NCBI GenBank assembly: GCA_965116025.1
Contig: OZ220480.1
Span: 1,856,001 to 1,920,000, forward strand
From: an uncultured candidatus Porisulfidus sp.
GTDB taxonomy: Bacteria; Pseudomonadota; Gammaproteobacteria; Poriferisulfidales; Poriferisulfidaceae
Direction of reading: 5' to 3'
DNA: 64,000 nt
Numbering within the stretch: the first letter of the stretch is position 1; each line of letters begins with the position of its first letter. Of this stretch, positions 10,771-20,739 are shown piece after piece. The position numbers and the translations under genes were made by a program. The notes under the pieces are model-generated. The model did not search any database, was not told the DNA's origin, and was given only the letters and a program-made list of their open reading frames with translations.

Positions 10771-11223
10771 GCGTGAGATTAATGCCTAAATCAGGCGACG
10801 GAATTATAGCCGATGAGACATCCAACCGCCGACGCCAAGCGCGTTCCAGCGACGAGAAATCATCTCTCACGTCCTCTATTCGAGGAACAGCGAGCATTCA
10901 AACATACCGCTTCGAAGTCTATCTGGAGACCCGCGCCAATTGTGGCTGAAAACGAACGTCTCGCTGGAAAAGAACCGCTACCTCGCCAGAGCGTAAGCGA
11001 TGGGTCATCTCAAAATCCGCGATTTCAGGGCCTCGGGCCTCGGCGGTAGCGCTCCAAGGTGGCACTCGGGCATAATAGGGTCAACCTGCGAGCCAAAGCG
11101 GCTTTGAAGTTGCTCTCCAACCACTCTCCATCCGTCTATAGTCGCGAATCGAAGTCAGGTTTCAAAACAACCCATCGCTAATCGTTATTCGCCACGCCAA
11201 AGTCGAAATCCACGGATTCGATA

Positions 11224-13695
11224 GTGACCAAAGGAAGAAAAAGCCAGCGAATTCCACGCGGTGAACAGCCAAACGGTCGTAAGCCCGATACAGAACCGGG
11301 CATGACTGGCAGAGGAGCGACGTGGCCCGCCGACTGGTCCTTCCTGCGTCATAGCACCCTCATCCCGCTAGCGCTCGTGGCGCTGGTGGTGGCGAGCTAC
11401 TTTCCAGCGTTTTTCGCCGCGCTGGTCTGGGATGACGCGACGTTCACCGAGGCGCGACCGGTGCGGGAATGGTCCGGTCTCTGGCGTATCTGGTTCTCGC
11501 CAAGCCATCTCGAATCGGAAGGACACTACTGGCCGATCACATATACGACTTTCTGGCTGGAGCACAAAATCTGGGGCTTCGCCCCGGTCGGCTATCACGT
11601 GGTCAACCTCGCGCTGCATTTCGCCAACACCCTATTGCTACTCGCGCTATTGCGCCGGCTCACCGTGCCCGGCGCGCTCTTCGCGGCCGCGCTGTTCGCC
11701 GCGCATCCGGCGCACGTCGAGGCCGTCGTCTGGGTGATCGCGCGCAAAGACTTGCTGGCGACGTTATTCTTCCTCTCGTCCTGTTACGTCTGGATTCGAT
11801 TCGTGGTGCCCGCGCCCGGCGAGTCCAAGAGCGGGCGCGCCAAATTCTGGTTCTTGGCGTTCGCTCTCTATGTCGCGGGATTACTCAGCAAAACCGTAGC
11901 CGTCACCTTGCCGGCGACGCTGTTGATCTGGCACTGGTGGAAGCAAGATCGCGTGTCCATGCGCGACGCGCTTCGGCTATTGCCTTTCTTCGCGACCGGT
12001 CTGGCCATCGCCATCGTGGACACGACCTACTATTCCTCAAGGGAAGTCCTCTCCTTTGACTACTCGCTGATTGAGCGGCTGTTGCTCGCCGCCCAAGCGC
12101 TGGGATTCTATCTCGGCAAACTCGTTTGGCCGACGGACCTAGTCGTCATCTATCCGCATTGGGAGGTCAGCGTCGAGAGCGGGCTGGCGTGGCTATGCGC
12201 GGCGGGCATCGCCGCGGGGATTGGCGCCTTGTGGTTTCTGAGGCATCGCATAGGCAAGGGCCCGCTGGCGGCGACGCTTTTCTTCGTGGTCACGCTGACG
12301 CCGGTGCTTGGCCTCATCGACTATGGCTACATGAAGTTCTCCTTCGTCGCGGATCGTTACCAATATCTCGCGAGCGCCGGCATCCTGACGCTCTTCGCGG
12401 CTTTCGCGGCGGGCGCGCTGACGCGGCTACCGGCGACGGCGCCGCGCCAATTTATGCCGGTCGCGGCAATCGCGCTAGTCGCCACCCTGGGAACGCTGAC
12501 CTGGCGACAGGCGGAACTCTATCGGGATGCGGTAACCCTGTTCAGCCACATCACTGAAAACAACCCACAAGCGCGCAGCGGCTGGCACAACCTCGCTACC
12601 GCGCTCCTTGCGGAGCGACGCTACGAGGAAGCGCTTGACGCGGCCCGTCGCGCGGTCGCGACGCAACCGGACATCACCGCCGTATATGCCGTCGCCGGCA
12701 GCGCGCTGATCAAACTGGATCGCTTAGAAGAGGCGGAGGAGCTTCTGCGCGAAGGTCTGCGGCTCCAGCCAGGAGAACGCAACACCTTGCTGAATCTCGC
12801 CGAAGCGCTGAGACACCAAGATCGCCATGCGGAAGCCCTTCCGTATTATCAGACCGTGATCGAGAAGGATCCGAATCTGGTCAACGCCTATGTTGGTCTG
12901 GGCTCTTCGCTGAACGCGCTCAAAAGGCACGAGGAAGCCCGCGACTGGCTGACGCGGGGACTTTCCATAGATCCAAAAGCGGCGTCCGCGAACCACCTTC
13001 GCACGCTTTTGGGAGAATCCCTCGCGGGATTGGGCCGGAACGAGGAAGCGGAGCGTTATCTCCAGCGCGCGTTGCGGATGGCGCCGGAAAGGCCAGATAC
13101 GCTCGCGTCCTTGGCGAACATGAAACTTTCGCGAGGACGTTTCGAGGAAGCGCTGGATTTGCTGACCCGGCTACTCGCCCTTGAGCCCGACAATCCGTCC
13201 ATTCATCTCGGGGTTGGCCGCGCCCTGTCCGGCCTCGCTCGTCACGATGAGGCGCGAGCCCAGCTGGAGCGAGCGCTGGATCTGAAGCCGGCGGGAACGC
13301 TCGCGGCCGATATCCAAGCCCTGCTCGGGCGGACCCTGCGCGCGCTAGGCGAGCCGGACGCGGCGGAACGTCATTTCGAGCGCGCGTTGCGAACTGATCC
13401 ACGGCATGCGGAAACGCTCGTCGAGGTCGGAAATTTGCGACTCGCGCAGGGACGTTTCGAGGAAGCGCTAACCTTGTTGCGAACGCTCGCCGAAATCCAC
13501 CCCGACACCGCCTCAGTGCACGGCGGGATCGGCATTGCGCTGGTCGGTCTGGAAAGAAAAGTGGAAGCGCTCGCCGCGTTCAACCGAGCATTGTCGCTTG
13601 ATCCATCACAGGAAGTGCTACGCGTCGAGCACGAGAGAGTTCGCCTCGCGATTGAGCGGGAGAGACAGGAAACAAGCATGGGTATCAAAGACTGA
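11224..13695 (+). CDS. TMTC-like membrane glycosyltransferase (GT-C fold) with C-terminal TPR array
   Basis: 'WDD', 'YHVVNLALH', 'LFAAHPAHVEAVVW', 'LLSK' and 'ADRYQYL' motifs, many TM helices, then about 10 TPR-like units. The start may lie slightly downstream (ATG 11302). Confidence 0.82.
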   Translation: MTKGRKSQRIPRGEQPNGRKPDTEPGMTGRGATWPADWSFLRHSTLIPLALVALVVASYFPAFFAALVWDDATFTEARPVREWSGLWRIWFSPSHLESEGHYWPITYTTFWLEHKIWGFAPVGYHVVNLALHFANTLLLLALLRRLTVPGALFAAALFAAHPAHVEAVVWVIARKDLLATLFFLSSCYVWIRFVVPAPGESKSGRAKFWFLAFALYVAGLLSKTVAVTLPATLLIWHWWKQDRVSMRDALRLLPFFATGLAIAIVDTTYYSSREVLSFDYSLIERLLLAAQALGFYLGKLVWPTDLVVIYPHWEVSVESGLAWLCAAGIAAGIGALWFLRHRIGKGPLAATLFFVVTLTPVLGLIDYGYMKFSFVADRYQYLASAGILTLFAAFAAGALTRLPATAPRQFMPVAAIALVATLGTLTWRQAELYRDAVTLFSHITENNPQARSGWHNLATALLAERRYEEALDAARRAVATQPDITAVYAVAGSALIKLDRLEEAEELLREGLRLQPGERNTLLNLAEALRHQDRHAEALPYYQTVIEKDPNLVNAYVGLGSSLNALKRHEEARDWLTRGLSIDPKAASANHLRTLLGESLAGLGRNEEAERYLQRALRMAPERPDTLASLANMKLSRGRFEEALDLLTRLLALEPDNPSIHLGVGRALSGLARHDEARAQLERALDLKPAGTLAADIQALLGRTLRALGEPDAAERHFERALRTDPRHAETLVEVGNLRLAQGRFEEALTLLRTLAEIHPDTASVHGGIGIALVGLERKVEALAAFNRALSLDPSQEVLRVEHERVRLAIERERQETSMGIKD

Positions 13696-13790
13696 CGTGC
13701 CGAGAATTGGACGCGATAATCCGCGAATTCGAAATCGTCTTGGGCCCGAAGGCCGGGGAGTAAACCTGCCGTGAAAAGCCCGCTCGCGTG

Positions 13791-14237
13791 TCAATGACAT
13801 GCCTGTCCGAGCGCCTTGAGTCGCCAGTAGTTATACGGCCAAGGAGTCAGGAATCCCACTGCCAAAGCCGGTGGCACCGACCACCAGCGCAGCTGCAGGC
13901 TACCGACCAGCAGCCAATCCGTGAAGTTCATCGCGATCTCCATCGACACCATGCTGATCAGGCTCATGCCCGTCGCCGTGCGCAAGGCGACCGCGAACGG
14001 CATCCTTCGCATCAACAGAATAGTCTCCAGAAAGATGCTCGTCAGAATGCCATTGAGCATGGCCAGCGCCAGCACCAGCCAAGGCGAAACATCGATTTGA
14101 TAGTGCTGAAAATAGTAAATCGTGCCGAAATCGCCGATCGCGCAACCGAACAGGCACCACATCGTGTTGTAGGCGGACTGCCCCCAAGTATGGCGACATC
14201 GCCAGTCAATGGCGTGCCAAGGCTCGGCCTGTTCCAC
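13791..14237 (-). CDS. DUF4396-like membrane protein
   Basis: 'NTMWCLFGCAIGD', 'MSLISMVSMEIAMN', 'GFLTPWPYNYWRL'. Confidence 0.75.
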   Translation of the reverse strand: MEQAEPWHAIDWRCRHTWGQSAYNTMWCLFGCAIGDFGTIYYFQHYQIDVSPWLVLALAMLNGILTSIFLETILLMRRMPFAVALRTATGMSLISMVSMEIAMNFTDWLLVGSLQLRWWSVPPALAVGFLTPWPYNYWRLKALGQACH

Positions 14238-14240
14238 GAA

Positions 14241-14585
14241 TCAGCCGGGCGGCCAACCGAACGGTCGACCCGCCAGTAGATGCACGTGCAAATGGAAGAC
14301 CGACTGTCCGGCCTCGGCGCCGTTGTTGATCACGGTACGAAAAGCGTTCCGACAACCCAGTTGTTCCGCCACTTTCCCGGCCACCAGCAACAAATGGCCC
14401 AACATCTCCTGATTCTCATCCTTCGCGCTCGCCAATCGATCCAGAGGCTCTCGCGGCACGATCAGCACGTGCGTGGGCGCCTGCGGATTAACGTCGCGGA
14501 AAGCGACGCAGATCTCGTCCTCATAGACGAAATCCGCGGGAATCTCGCGCGCGATGATCCTCTGGAACAGGGTCGGCTCGGTCAT
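14241..14585 (-). CDS. Histidine triad nucleotide-binding protein (HinT-like)
   Basis: 'AFRDVNPQAPTHVLIVP' and HIT motif 'GQSVFHLHVH'. Start ATG 14585. Confidence 0.95.
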   Translation of the reverse strand: MTEPTLFQRIIAREIPADFVYEDEICVAFRDVNPQAPTHVLIVPREPLDRLASAKDENQEMLGHLLLVAGKVAEQLGCRNAFRTVINNGAEAGQSVFHLHVHLLAGRPFGWPPG

Positions 14586-14605
14586 GCTCGCGTGGCCACG
14601 CGCCC

Positions 14606-15100
14606 TCACTGCTCGGCATGCGCGCGAACGCGCCACAGCAACGCCTCGATCAACTCTCCGCGAAGCTCCTTCTTCAGCATCGCCCTCTCCTCGTCGGCCG
14701 CGAGGTATTTGTCTGAATCGAACACCCAATGCCGATAGCGCGACAGCGTAGACGGAGGCGATGCCTTTTCGCCTGGACGCTGGAAGCGCACGGTCAAGTG
14801 CAGGCCAACCTCGTATTCCCGAGCGTCCATGTCAGGAGTCACGGCGATCACCTGATGACGCTCCCGCGGACCGTCCAGATGGACGATCAAGTCAGCACCC
14901 GCTTCGCTCGAAAGTATTTTCACGCCACCACCGCGCAATCGACCCATGAGCGCATGCCGAAACTCTGGCGAGCCTCCAATCAGTTGAAGCGAAGACTGCG
15001 GGATCTGGGTGGCGCCACCCTTGGAATCCGCCAACTGGAATCCGCAACCACCCAGAGCAAGGCAGAAAACCGCCACCAGCGGGAGGACGCGATCACGCAT
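14606..15100 (-). CDS. lptE: LPS assembly lipoprotein LptE
   Basis: Lipobox 'LGGCGFQL', 'AREYEV', 'EERAMLKKEL'; immediately after leuS. Confidence 0.88.
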   Translation of the reverse strand: MRDRVLPLVAVFCLALGGCGFQLADSKGGATQIPQSSLQLIGGSPEFRHALMGRLRGGGVKILSSEAGADLIVHLDGPRERHQVIAVTPDMDAREYEVGLHLTVRFQRPGEKASPPSTLSRYRHWVFDSDKYLAADEERAMLKKELRGELIEALLWRVRAHAEQ

Positions 15101-17525
15101 CGCGCACCACCACGTTAACGAGTTTGCGCGGAACATGAATAGTGCGGATCACGGTTTTTCCCTCAGTGAAACGTCGCACTTTATCATCATCCAAGGCCGC
15201 GCGACGTATTTCGTCCTCGCCAGCGTCCACGGCCAGATCCAGTCTCGCGCGGACTTTTCCATTCACTTGCACCACGATCCGCTCGACCGAGCGCTCCAAT
15301 GCGGTCTCGTCGGCCTTGGGCCAAGGTTGATCCAGAATCGCTTCGCCGAGCCCGAGCGCGCGCCAAAGCGCGTGAGACAAATGCGGAGTGATTGGTGCCA
15401 GCATGCGCAGCATCGCGTCCAGAGCTTCGCGCGTCAGGGCCGGTTCCGCCTCGCCCTCGTCGGAGAGACGCATCAGGTCGTTGAGCAGTTCCATATTAGC
15501 GGCGATCACCGTATTGAACGTATGCCGCCGATCAATCACGCGGCCGGATTTCTGGATCGCTTCATGCAGCTTGCGCCGGAAATCTTTCTGCCGCGGGACC
15601 AACCCATCGGCATCGACGCTTCCCGCGGACGCGCAATCGAGATTCTCGTGGACGAATCGCCAAAGCCTGTTGAGAAACCTGGAGCATCCCTCAACCCCGC
15701 TGTCGGACCATTCCAGAGTGTGCTCGGGCGGCGAGGCGAACAGCACGAACAAACGCACCGTGTCCGCGCCGTAGCGCTTGATCAATGGCTCCGGGTCCAC
15801 CACATTGCCTCGCGACTTCGACATCTTGTGCCCGTCCTTGAGCACCATGCCTTGGGTCAGAAGGCGCGCGAATGGCTCGTCGCCCTCCACCAGTCCCTCG
15901 TCGCGCATCAATTTATGAAAGAACCTCGCGTACAAAAGATGCAGGATGGCATGCTCGATTCCCCCTATGTACTGATCGACCGGAAGCCAGTAGCGAGCGC
16001 GGTCATCCAGCATCGCGTCGGCGTCATAGGAGCAGAATCTCGCTTGATACCAGCTGGACTCCACGAACGTATCGAACGTGTCCATGTCGTGACGCGCCAT
16101 CCGCCCGCACTTAGGGCAAGGCGCCATTTTCCATTCCTCGGGCCGCTCCGCCTCCGGTGACAGAGTCTCGTCGAGCATGACCGGAAGGTCTTCTTCCGCA
16201 ACCGGCACCACGCCGCACTCGTCGCAATGGAGCATGGGCACCGGGCACCCCCAGCGTCTTTGCCGAGAGACGCCCCAGTCATGCAAGCGATAGCGCGTGA
16301 CGGCCTCCCCACAACCGCGTTCGGACAGGCGGCGCGTGATCGCCACGCCCCCCTCCTCGGAGCTCATGCCATCGAATTCTCCAGAATTGACCAACGCGCC
16401 TTGGTCCGTGAACGCTTCGGAGTCGAGACTGACCTCCGCGCCCTCCGACGGAACGACGACCTGCCGAACTGGCAAACCGTGGCGCCGCGCGAATTCCCAA
16501 TCGCGCTGATCATGGGCCGGCACCGACATCACCGCTCCAGAGCCATACTCCATCAACACGAAATTCGCGGTCCACACCGGCAACTTCTCTCCAGTCAGCG
16601 GATGCAGCGCGTTCAACCCCAGCGGATGGCCATTCCTGTCCTTACTCGATTCCTCTCGCGGCCGCGCGGCGTGGTTCAGGAACTCACGCAATGACTCGTT
16701 CGTGCGCGAGATATCCTGAACGATCTGGTGCCCTGGGGCCAACGCCATGTAGGTCACCCCCATCAGAGTGTCCGGGCGCGTTGTGAAGACCGTCAGTGGA
16801 TCTTTCCGTCCTTCTAGGGAAAATCGTATTTCCACCCCCTCTGAGCGGCCGATCCAGTTTCTTTGCATCTGCAGAACCTGATGAGGCCACTGGCCTTCCA
16901 GCCGATCCAGATCTTCCAGCAATTCCTCCGCATAATCGGTGATTCTCAAAAACCACTGCGCCACCTCTCGTTGCTCGACGAGGGCACCGGAGCGCCAGCC
17001 CCTGCCCTCGATCACTTGCTCGTTCGCGAGAACCGTTTGGTCGACCGGGTCCCAGTTGACCAAGGCTTTTTTTCGGTACGCTAGCCCCTTCTTGAACAGT
17101 CGAATGAAAAACCACTGCTCCCACCGATAGTATTCTGGATCGCAGGTCGCCAATTCGCGACGCCAGTCGTAGCCGAATCCCAAGCGCCGCAGCTGCCCAC
17201 GCATGGCCTGGATGTTTTCCCGGGTCCACGCGCCGGGAAGCACCCCGCGGTCCAGCGCGGCGTTTTCCGCTGGCAACCCGAAAGCGTCCCATCCCATCGG
17301 TTGCAAAACGTTATCGCCCCGCATCCGACGGTAGCGCGCGATGGAGTCCCCGATCGTGTAGTTACGGACGTGCCCCATGTGTAGCCGGCCACTGGGGTAC
17401 GGAAACATGGACAGGCAGTAAAATTTCCGCTCGCCTGGCCTCTCGCGCGCGGAGAAGCACTCGTTATTCCGCCAGTATTCTTGGGCTTCCTGCTCTACGG
17501 ATTCAGGATCGTAGCGTTCCTGCAT
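15093..17525 (-). CDS. leuS: Leucine--tRNA ligase
   Basis: 'MFPYPSGRLHMGH', 'KMSKS', 'VVQVNGKVR'. True start MQERYDP at 17525. Confidence 0.97.
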   Translation of the reverse strand: MQERYDPESVEQEAQEYWRNNECFSARERPGERKFYCLSMFPYPSGRLHMGHVRNYTIGDSIARYRRMRGDNVLQPMGWDAFGLPAENAALDRGVLPGAWTRENIQAMRGQLRRLGFGYDWRRELATCDPEYYRWEQWFFIRLFKKGLAYRKKALVNWDPVDQTVLANEQVIEGRGWRSGALVEQREVAQWFLRITDYAEELLEDLDRLEGQWPHQVLQMQRNWIGRSEGVEIRFSLEGRKDPLTVFTTRPDTLMGVTYMALAPGHQIVQDISRTNESLREFLNHAARPREESSKDRNGHPLGLNALHPLTGEKLPVWTANFVLMEYGSGAVMSVPAHDQRDWEFARRHGLPVRQVVVPSEGAEVSLDSEAFTDQGALVNSGEFDGMSSEEGGVAITRRLSERGCGEAVTRYRLHDWGVSRQRRWGCPVPMLHCDECGVVPVAEEDLPVMLDETLSPEAERPEEWKMAPCPKCGRMARHDMDTFDTFVESSWYQARFCSYDADAMLDDRARYWLPVDQYIGGIEHAILHLLYARFFHKLMRDEGLVEGDEPFARLLTQGMVLKDGHKMSKSRGNVVDPEPLIKRYGADTVRLFVLFASPPEHTLEWSDSGVEGCSRFLNRLWRFVHENLDCASAGSVDADGLVPRQKDFRRKLHEAIQKSGRVIDRRHTFNTVIAANMELLNDLMRLSDEGEAEPALTREALDAMLRMLAPITPHLSHALWRALGLGEAILDQPWPKADETALERSVERIVVQVNGKVRARLDLAVDAGEDEIRRAALDDDKVRRFTEGKTVIRTIHVPRKLVNVVVRDA

Positions 17526-17602
17526 GCGAAATAACGCGAGATATCTGGATGATCTGCTGGCGCATATTACCATCCGCGCCCTTTTTCGCGCATGCGGGAA
17601 GT

Positions 17603-19466
17603 CCTCGATATCCGAGCTATAGGAGTGGAGGTCCCGGCTGATGCCGATTCCACCGAGGGAATCCGGTAGAATGGAGATAGAAAAGCGTTCACCCATTGGG
17701 TGAACGAAACGACAACCAACCGGGAGCCTCATTATATGTCGAAATTCACCTCTCCGGTCGTCGTCACCGGCGACGACAAGATGAGCCGCGTCAGCCCCGA
17801 CGGCGGCGCCATCATGCTGCTGGAGCTGCTGGGCAAGGCCCAGATCCTGCGCGACCTTCCGCGGTCCCTGCCAGAGCCGTCGCGAGGCTGGACCAGCGGG
17901 CAGATGCTGCTGACCCTGCTGCTGCTCAACGGGCTGGATCACGAATGCGTCTCGGACGTGGACGAGCTGGAGGACAACGAGGGTCTGCGCGAGCTGGTTC
18001 GCCTGCATGAGCCGGGCCTGCTGGGGGTCGAGGAGGAGGAGCTGGCGGCGCGCTTTCGAGGCGGGCGCGGGCGCGTCTTCCCGTCGGCGAGCTCGCTGCA
18101 TGACTGGCTGCGGCGCTTCCACGACATGGACGCCGACCCGGAGAGCGCGGACCCGCGCCCGTCCCAAGCGTTGGGGCTGATCCACGAGGCGCGGTGGCGG
18201 CTGGCGAAGTTCCTGATCCGGGCGCGCGGCCTGAAGGAGCTGACGCTGGACATGGACGCGACCATCGTCCGGTCGGGCAAGCGGGAGGCGCGCCCGACCT
18301 ACCGCGCCGCGACCGGGGCGGTTCCGGGGGAGCGGGGCTACCAGCCGCTGGTGGTGTACTGCCAGGAGCTGGAGATGGTGCTGGAGACGGAGTTCCGCCC
18401 GGGCAGCGTTCCGGCGTCGAAGCGGAACCTGGAGCTGCTGAAGAAGACGCTGGCGAAGCTGCCGCCGCAGATCACTCAGGTGAACTACCGCTCCGACGGC
18501 GCGGGCTATCAGCGCAAGCTGACGCGCTTCCTGAACGATCCGAAATCGAGGCCGAAGCGGTTCCGCCGCTTCGGGCCGATCCCGTTCGTGATCTCGGCGC
18601 CGCGGGACGCGCGCTCGCGCGCGAGCGTGGAGCGGGCGACCGACTGGAAGCCGGTCCCGGGGAAGCCGGGAATGGAATGCGCGGAGCTGGACTTCCTGCC
18701 GGAGTGGACCTGGCAGGATCGGTCGCCATTGCTTCGCTACGTCGCGACCCGAACCGCGCTGGAGGGCGAGCTGGGGGTGGGCCACGACGAGATCCCGGCG
18801 GGAGGCGGGCGCGCGGCCTCCCGCTTCCGCGTCTACGTCACCAACTTCCCGCATCGGAACGCCCCGCGGGAGGGGGCCGGGAAGTGCGTGATGGACGCGG
18901 CGACCGTGGCGCGCTTCGCGCATGAGCGATGCGGGCGCGGGGAGCGGATCCACTCCGTGCTCAAGCGCGACATGGCGGGCGGGCGGATGCCGTCGGGCAA
19001 GTTCGCGGTGAACGCGGCGTGGTGGCATCTGGCGGCGCTGGCGGCCAACCTGTGCTCGGCGGTGCGGTACTGCGCGCTGGGGCGGAACTGGCTGCGGGCG
19101 CGGATGAAGCGAGTGCGGCGGCGCTGCCTGCGGCTGGCGGCGCGGATCGTTCGCCACGCGCGCAACGTGGAGCTGCGGTTCTCGACGAAGGACGCGGAGT
19201 TCATCAAGCGGGCGCTGCTGCGGATCCACTGCGCCTGTCCGCCGGGCGACACGTCCTGACCCTGCGGGTCGGCGCTCTTCCACCCCGATCTGACCTCGCC
19301 GCCTCGCGCGGCTAGCGGAGCCCTGCGCGGGGGCGAGTTTTTCGTCAGAAAACGCCCCGAGAGCGCTCGCTTTCGACCCGAAATCGCGCCGAATCCTCGC
19401 CGCCGAGCCCGCGCGAAATCCCGGACCGCCCAAAATCGTCAGAATCGATTAGCTCGGAGATCGAGG
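17603..19466 (+). mobile_element. IS1380-family insertion sequence (1864 bp), apparently intact
   Basis: Left IR cctcgatatccgagcta (17603-17619) and right IR tagctcggagatcgagg (19450-19466) match at 16/17. Flanking direct repeat GAAGT at 17598-17602 and 19467-19471. Single transposase ORF. Confidence 0.92.
17736..19259 (+). CDS. IS1380-family DDE transposase
   Basis: 'LTLDMDAT', 'GYQPL', 'EFRPGSVP', 'YRSDGAGY', 'PSGKFAVNAAWWHLAALAANL'. Alternative GTG start at 17700. Confidence 0.9.
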   Translation: MSKFTSPVVVTGDDKMSRVSPDGGAIMLLELLGKAQILRDLPRSLPEPSRGWTSGQMLLTLLLLNGLDHECVSDVDELEDNEGLRELVRLHEPGLLGVEEEELAARFRGGRGRVFPSASSLHDWLRRFHDMDADPESADPRPSQALGLIHEARWRLAKFLIRARGLKELTLDMDATIVRSGKREARPTYRAATGAVPGERGYQPLVVYCQELEMVLETEFRPGSVPASKRNLELLKKTLAKLPPQITQVNYRSDGAGYQRKLTRFLNDPKSRPKRFRRFGPIPFVISAPRDARSRASVERATDWKPVPGKPGMECAELDFLPEWTWQDRSPLLRYVATRTALEGELGVGHDEIPAGGGRAASRFRVYVTNFPHRNAPREGAGKCVMDAATVARFAHERCGRGERIHSVLKRDMAGGRMPSGKFAVNAAWWHLAALAANLCSAVRYCALGRNWLRARMKRVRRRCLRLAARIVRHARNVELRFSTKDAEFIKRALLRIHCACPPGDTS

Positions 19467-19513
19467 GAAGTTACAATACCGGCCATTCACGAACGATTCC
19501 CTAGAGGGCCGTC

Positions 19514-20734
19514 ATGCGGATTCTGGCCTTGGTCGCCGAGTACGTCTGGAACACTCTTCATCATTTCCGGCAAACCGAGGCTTTCAGCAGCATCGTGCTG
19601 GTGCTCTCCGCCGCCGCGGCCATCGCCCTGACCAATTCTGGGGCCTACGAATGGTACGACAGCTTCGTCAACACGCCCCTCTCCTTGGTGCTCGGCCCTA
19701 TCGCCCTGCACAAAACCTTGTTGCTATGGGTCAACGACCTGCTGATGGCGATATTCTTTTTCGTCATCGGATTGGAGCTCAAGCGAGAATTCGTGGAAGG
19801 GCACCTGTCCACGCCCAGCCGCGTGGTCCTTCCGGCATTCGCGGCCGTTGGCGGCATGCTCGTTCCCGCCTTGCTATTCGCGGCCATCAACCACTCCGAC
19901 GAAGCGGCCATGCGTGGCTGGGCCATTCCCACGGCGACCGACATCGCCTTCTCGCTTGGTGTCCTCATGCTATTGGGCACGCGCGTTCCATATGGGCTCA
20001 AAGTATTCCTGCTGGCTATCGCGATCCTGGACGACCTCGGGGCCGTGCTGATCATCGCCCTGTATTACACCGAAGACCTATCGATGGATGCCTTGCGCTA
20101 CGCGGCATTGTGCCTGGCGACGCTGATCGCGCTCAACCGCTTCCGGGTCAGCGCGGCCGCCCCCTATCTGCTGGTGGGAATGGTTCTGTGGTATTTTGTC
20201 CTGAAATCCGGAATCCACGCGACCATGGCCGGCGTCCTTCTCGCCTTCACGATTCCGACCCGCGTCCCGCGCGGTCATGAGCATTCGACGCTAACCCGGC
20301 TAGAAGACCGCTTCCACGGATGGGTCGCCTTCGCCATTCTGCCCACCTTCGCGTTCTGCAACGCCGGGGTCTACCTGCTGAATACGACTTTCTCCGATCT
20401 GGGGCACCCGCTCACGCTCGGCATCATGCTGGGGCTGTTCATCGGGAAGCCCGTGGGCATCTGCCTGTTCGCCGCGCTCGCGGTTATGCTCAAGCTTGGC
20501 TCCATGCCGAAAGACGTGAGTTGGCCTTCTTTTCTCGGAATGTCCTATCTGTGCGGAATTGGCTTCACCATGAGCCTGTTCGTCGCCATGCTGGCGCACG
20601 GAAACACGCCCGACTTGATCATGGAAGGCAAGATCGGCGTCGTGCTGGGATCCTTGCTGTCGGCCCTGCTCGGATTCTTCATCCTGAGAGTGACTCTCAG
20701 CGAACCCAAGCGCGAGCCCGTCAGCTCCCCATAG
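19514..20734 (+). CDS. nhaA: Na+/H+ antiporter NhaA
   Basis: 'WVNDLLMAIFFFVIGLELKRE', 'GWAIPTATDIAF', 'AILDDLGA', 'GIGFTMSLF'. Confidence 0.96.
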   Translation: MRILALVAEYVWNTLHHFRQTEAFSSIVLVLSAAAAIALTNSGAYEWYDSFVNTPLSLVLGPIALHKTLLLWVNDLLMAIFFFVIGLELKREFVEGHLSTPSRVVLPAFAAVGGMLVPALLFAAINHSDEAAMRGWAIPTATDIAFSLGVLMLLGTRVPYGLKVFLLAIAILDDLGAVLIIALYYTEDLSMDALRYAALCLATLIALNRFRVSAAAPYLLVGMVLWYFVLKSGIHATMAGVLLAFTIPTRVPRGHEHSTLTRLEDRFHGWVAFAILPTFAFCNAGVYLLNTTFSDLGHPLTLGIMLGLFIGKPVGICLFAALAVMLKLGSMPKDVSWPSFLGMSYLCGIGFTMSLFVAMLAHGNTPDLIMEGKIGVVLGSLLSALLGFFILRVTLSEPKREPVSSP

Positions 20735-20739
20735 GGCTC

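Noticed and set aside
11010-11030. caaaatccgcgatttcaggg resembling an IS1380-type terminus
   Set aside because: No partner inverted repeat, transposase remnant or target duplication found.
15093-19433. 1446-aa ORF that looks like LeuS with a huge N-terminal extension
   Set aside because: The extension is the stop-free antisense strand of the GC-rich transposase. LeuS homology begins at ATG 17525, and a TG-n-TAATAT promoter-like element lies just upstream.
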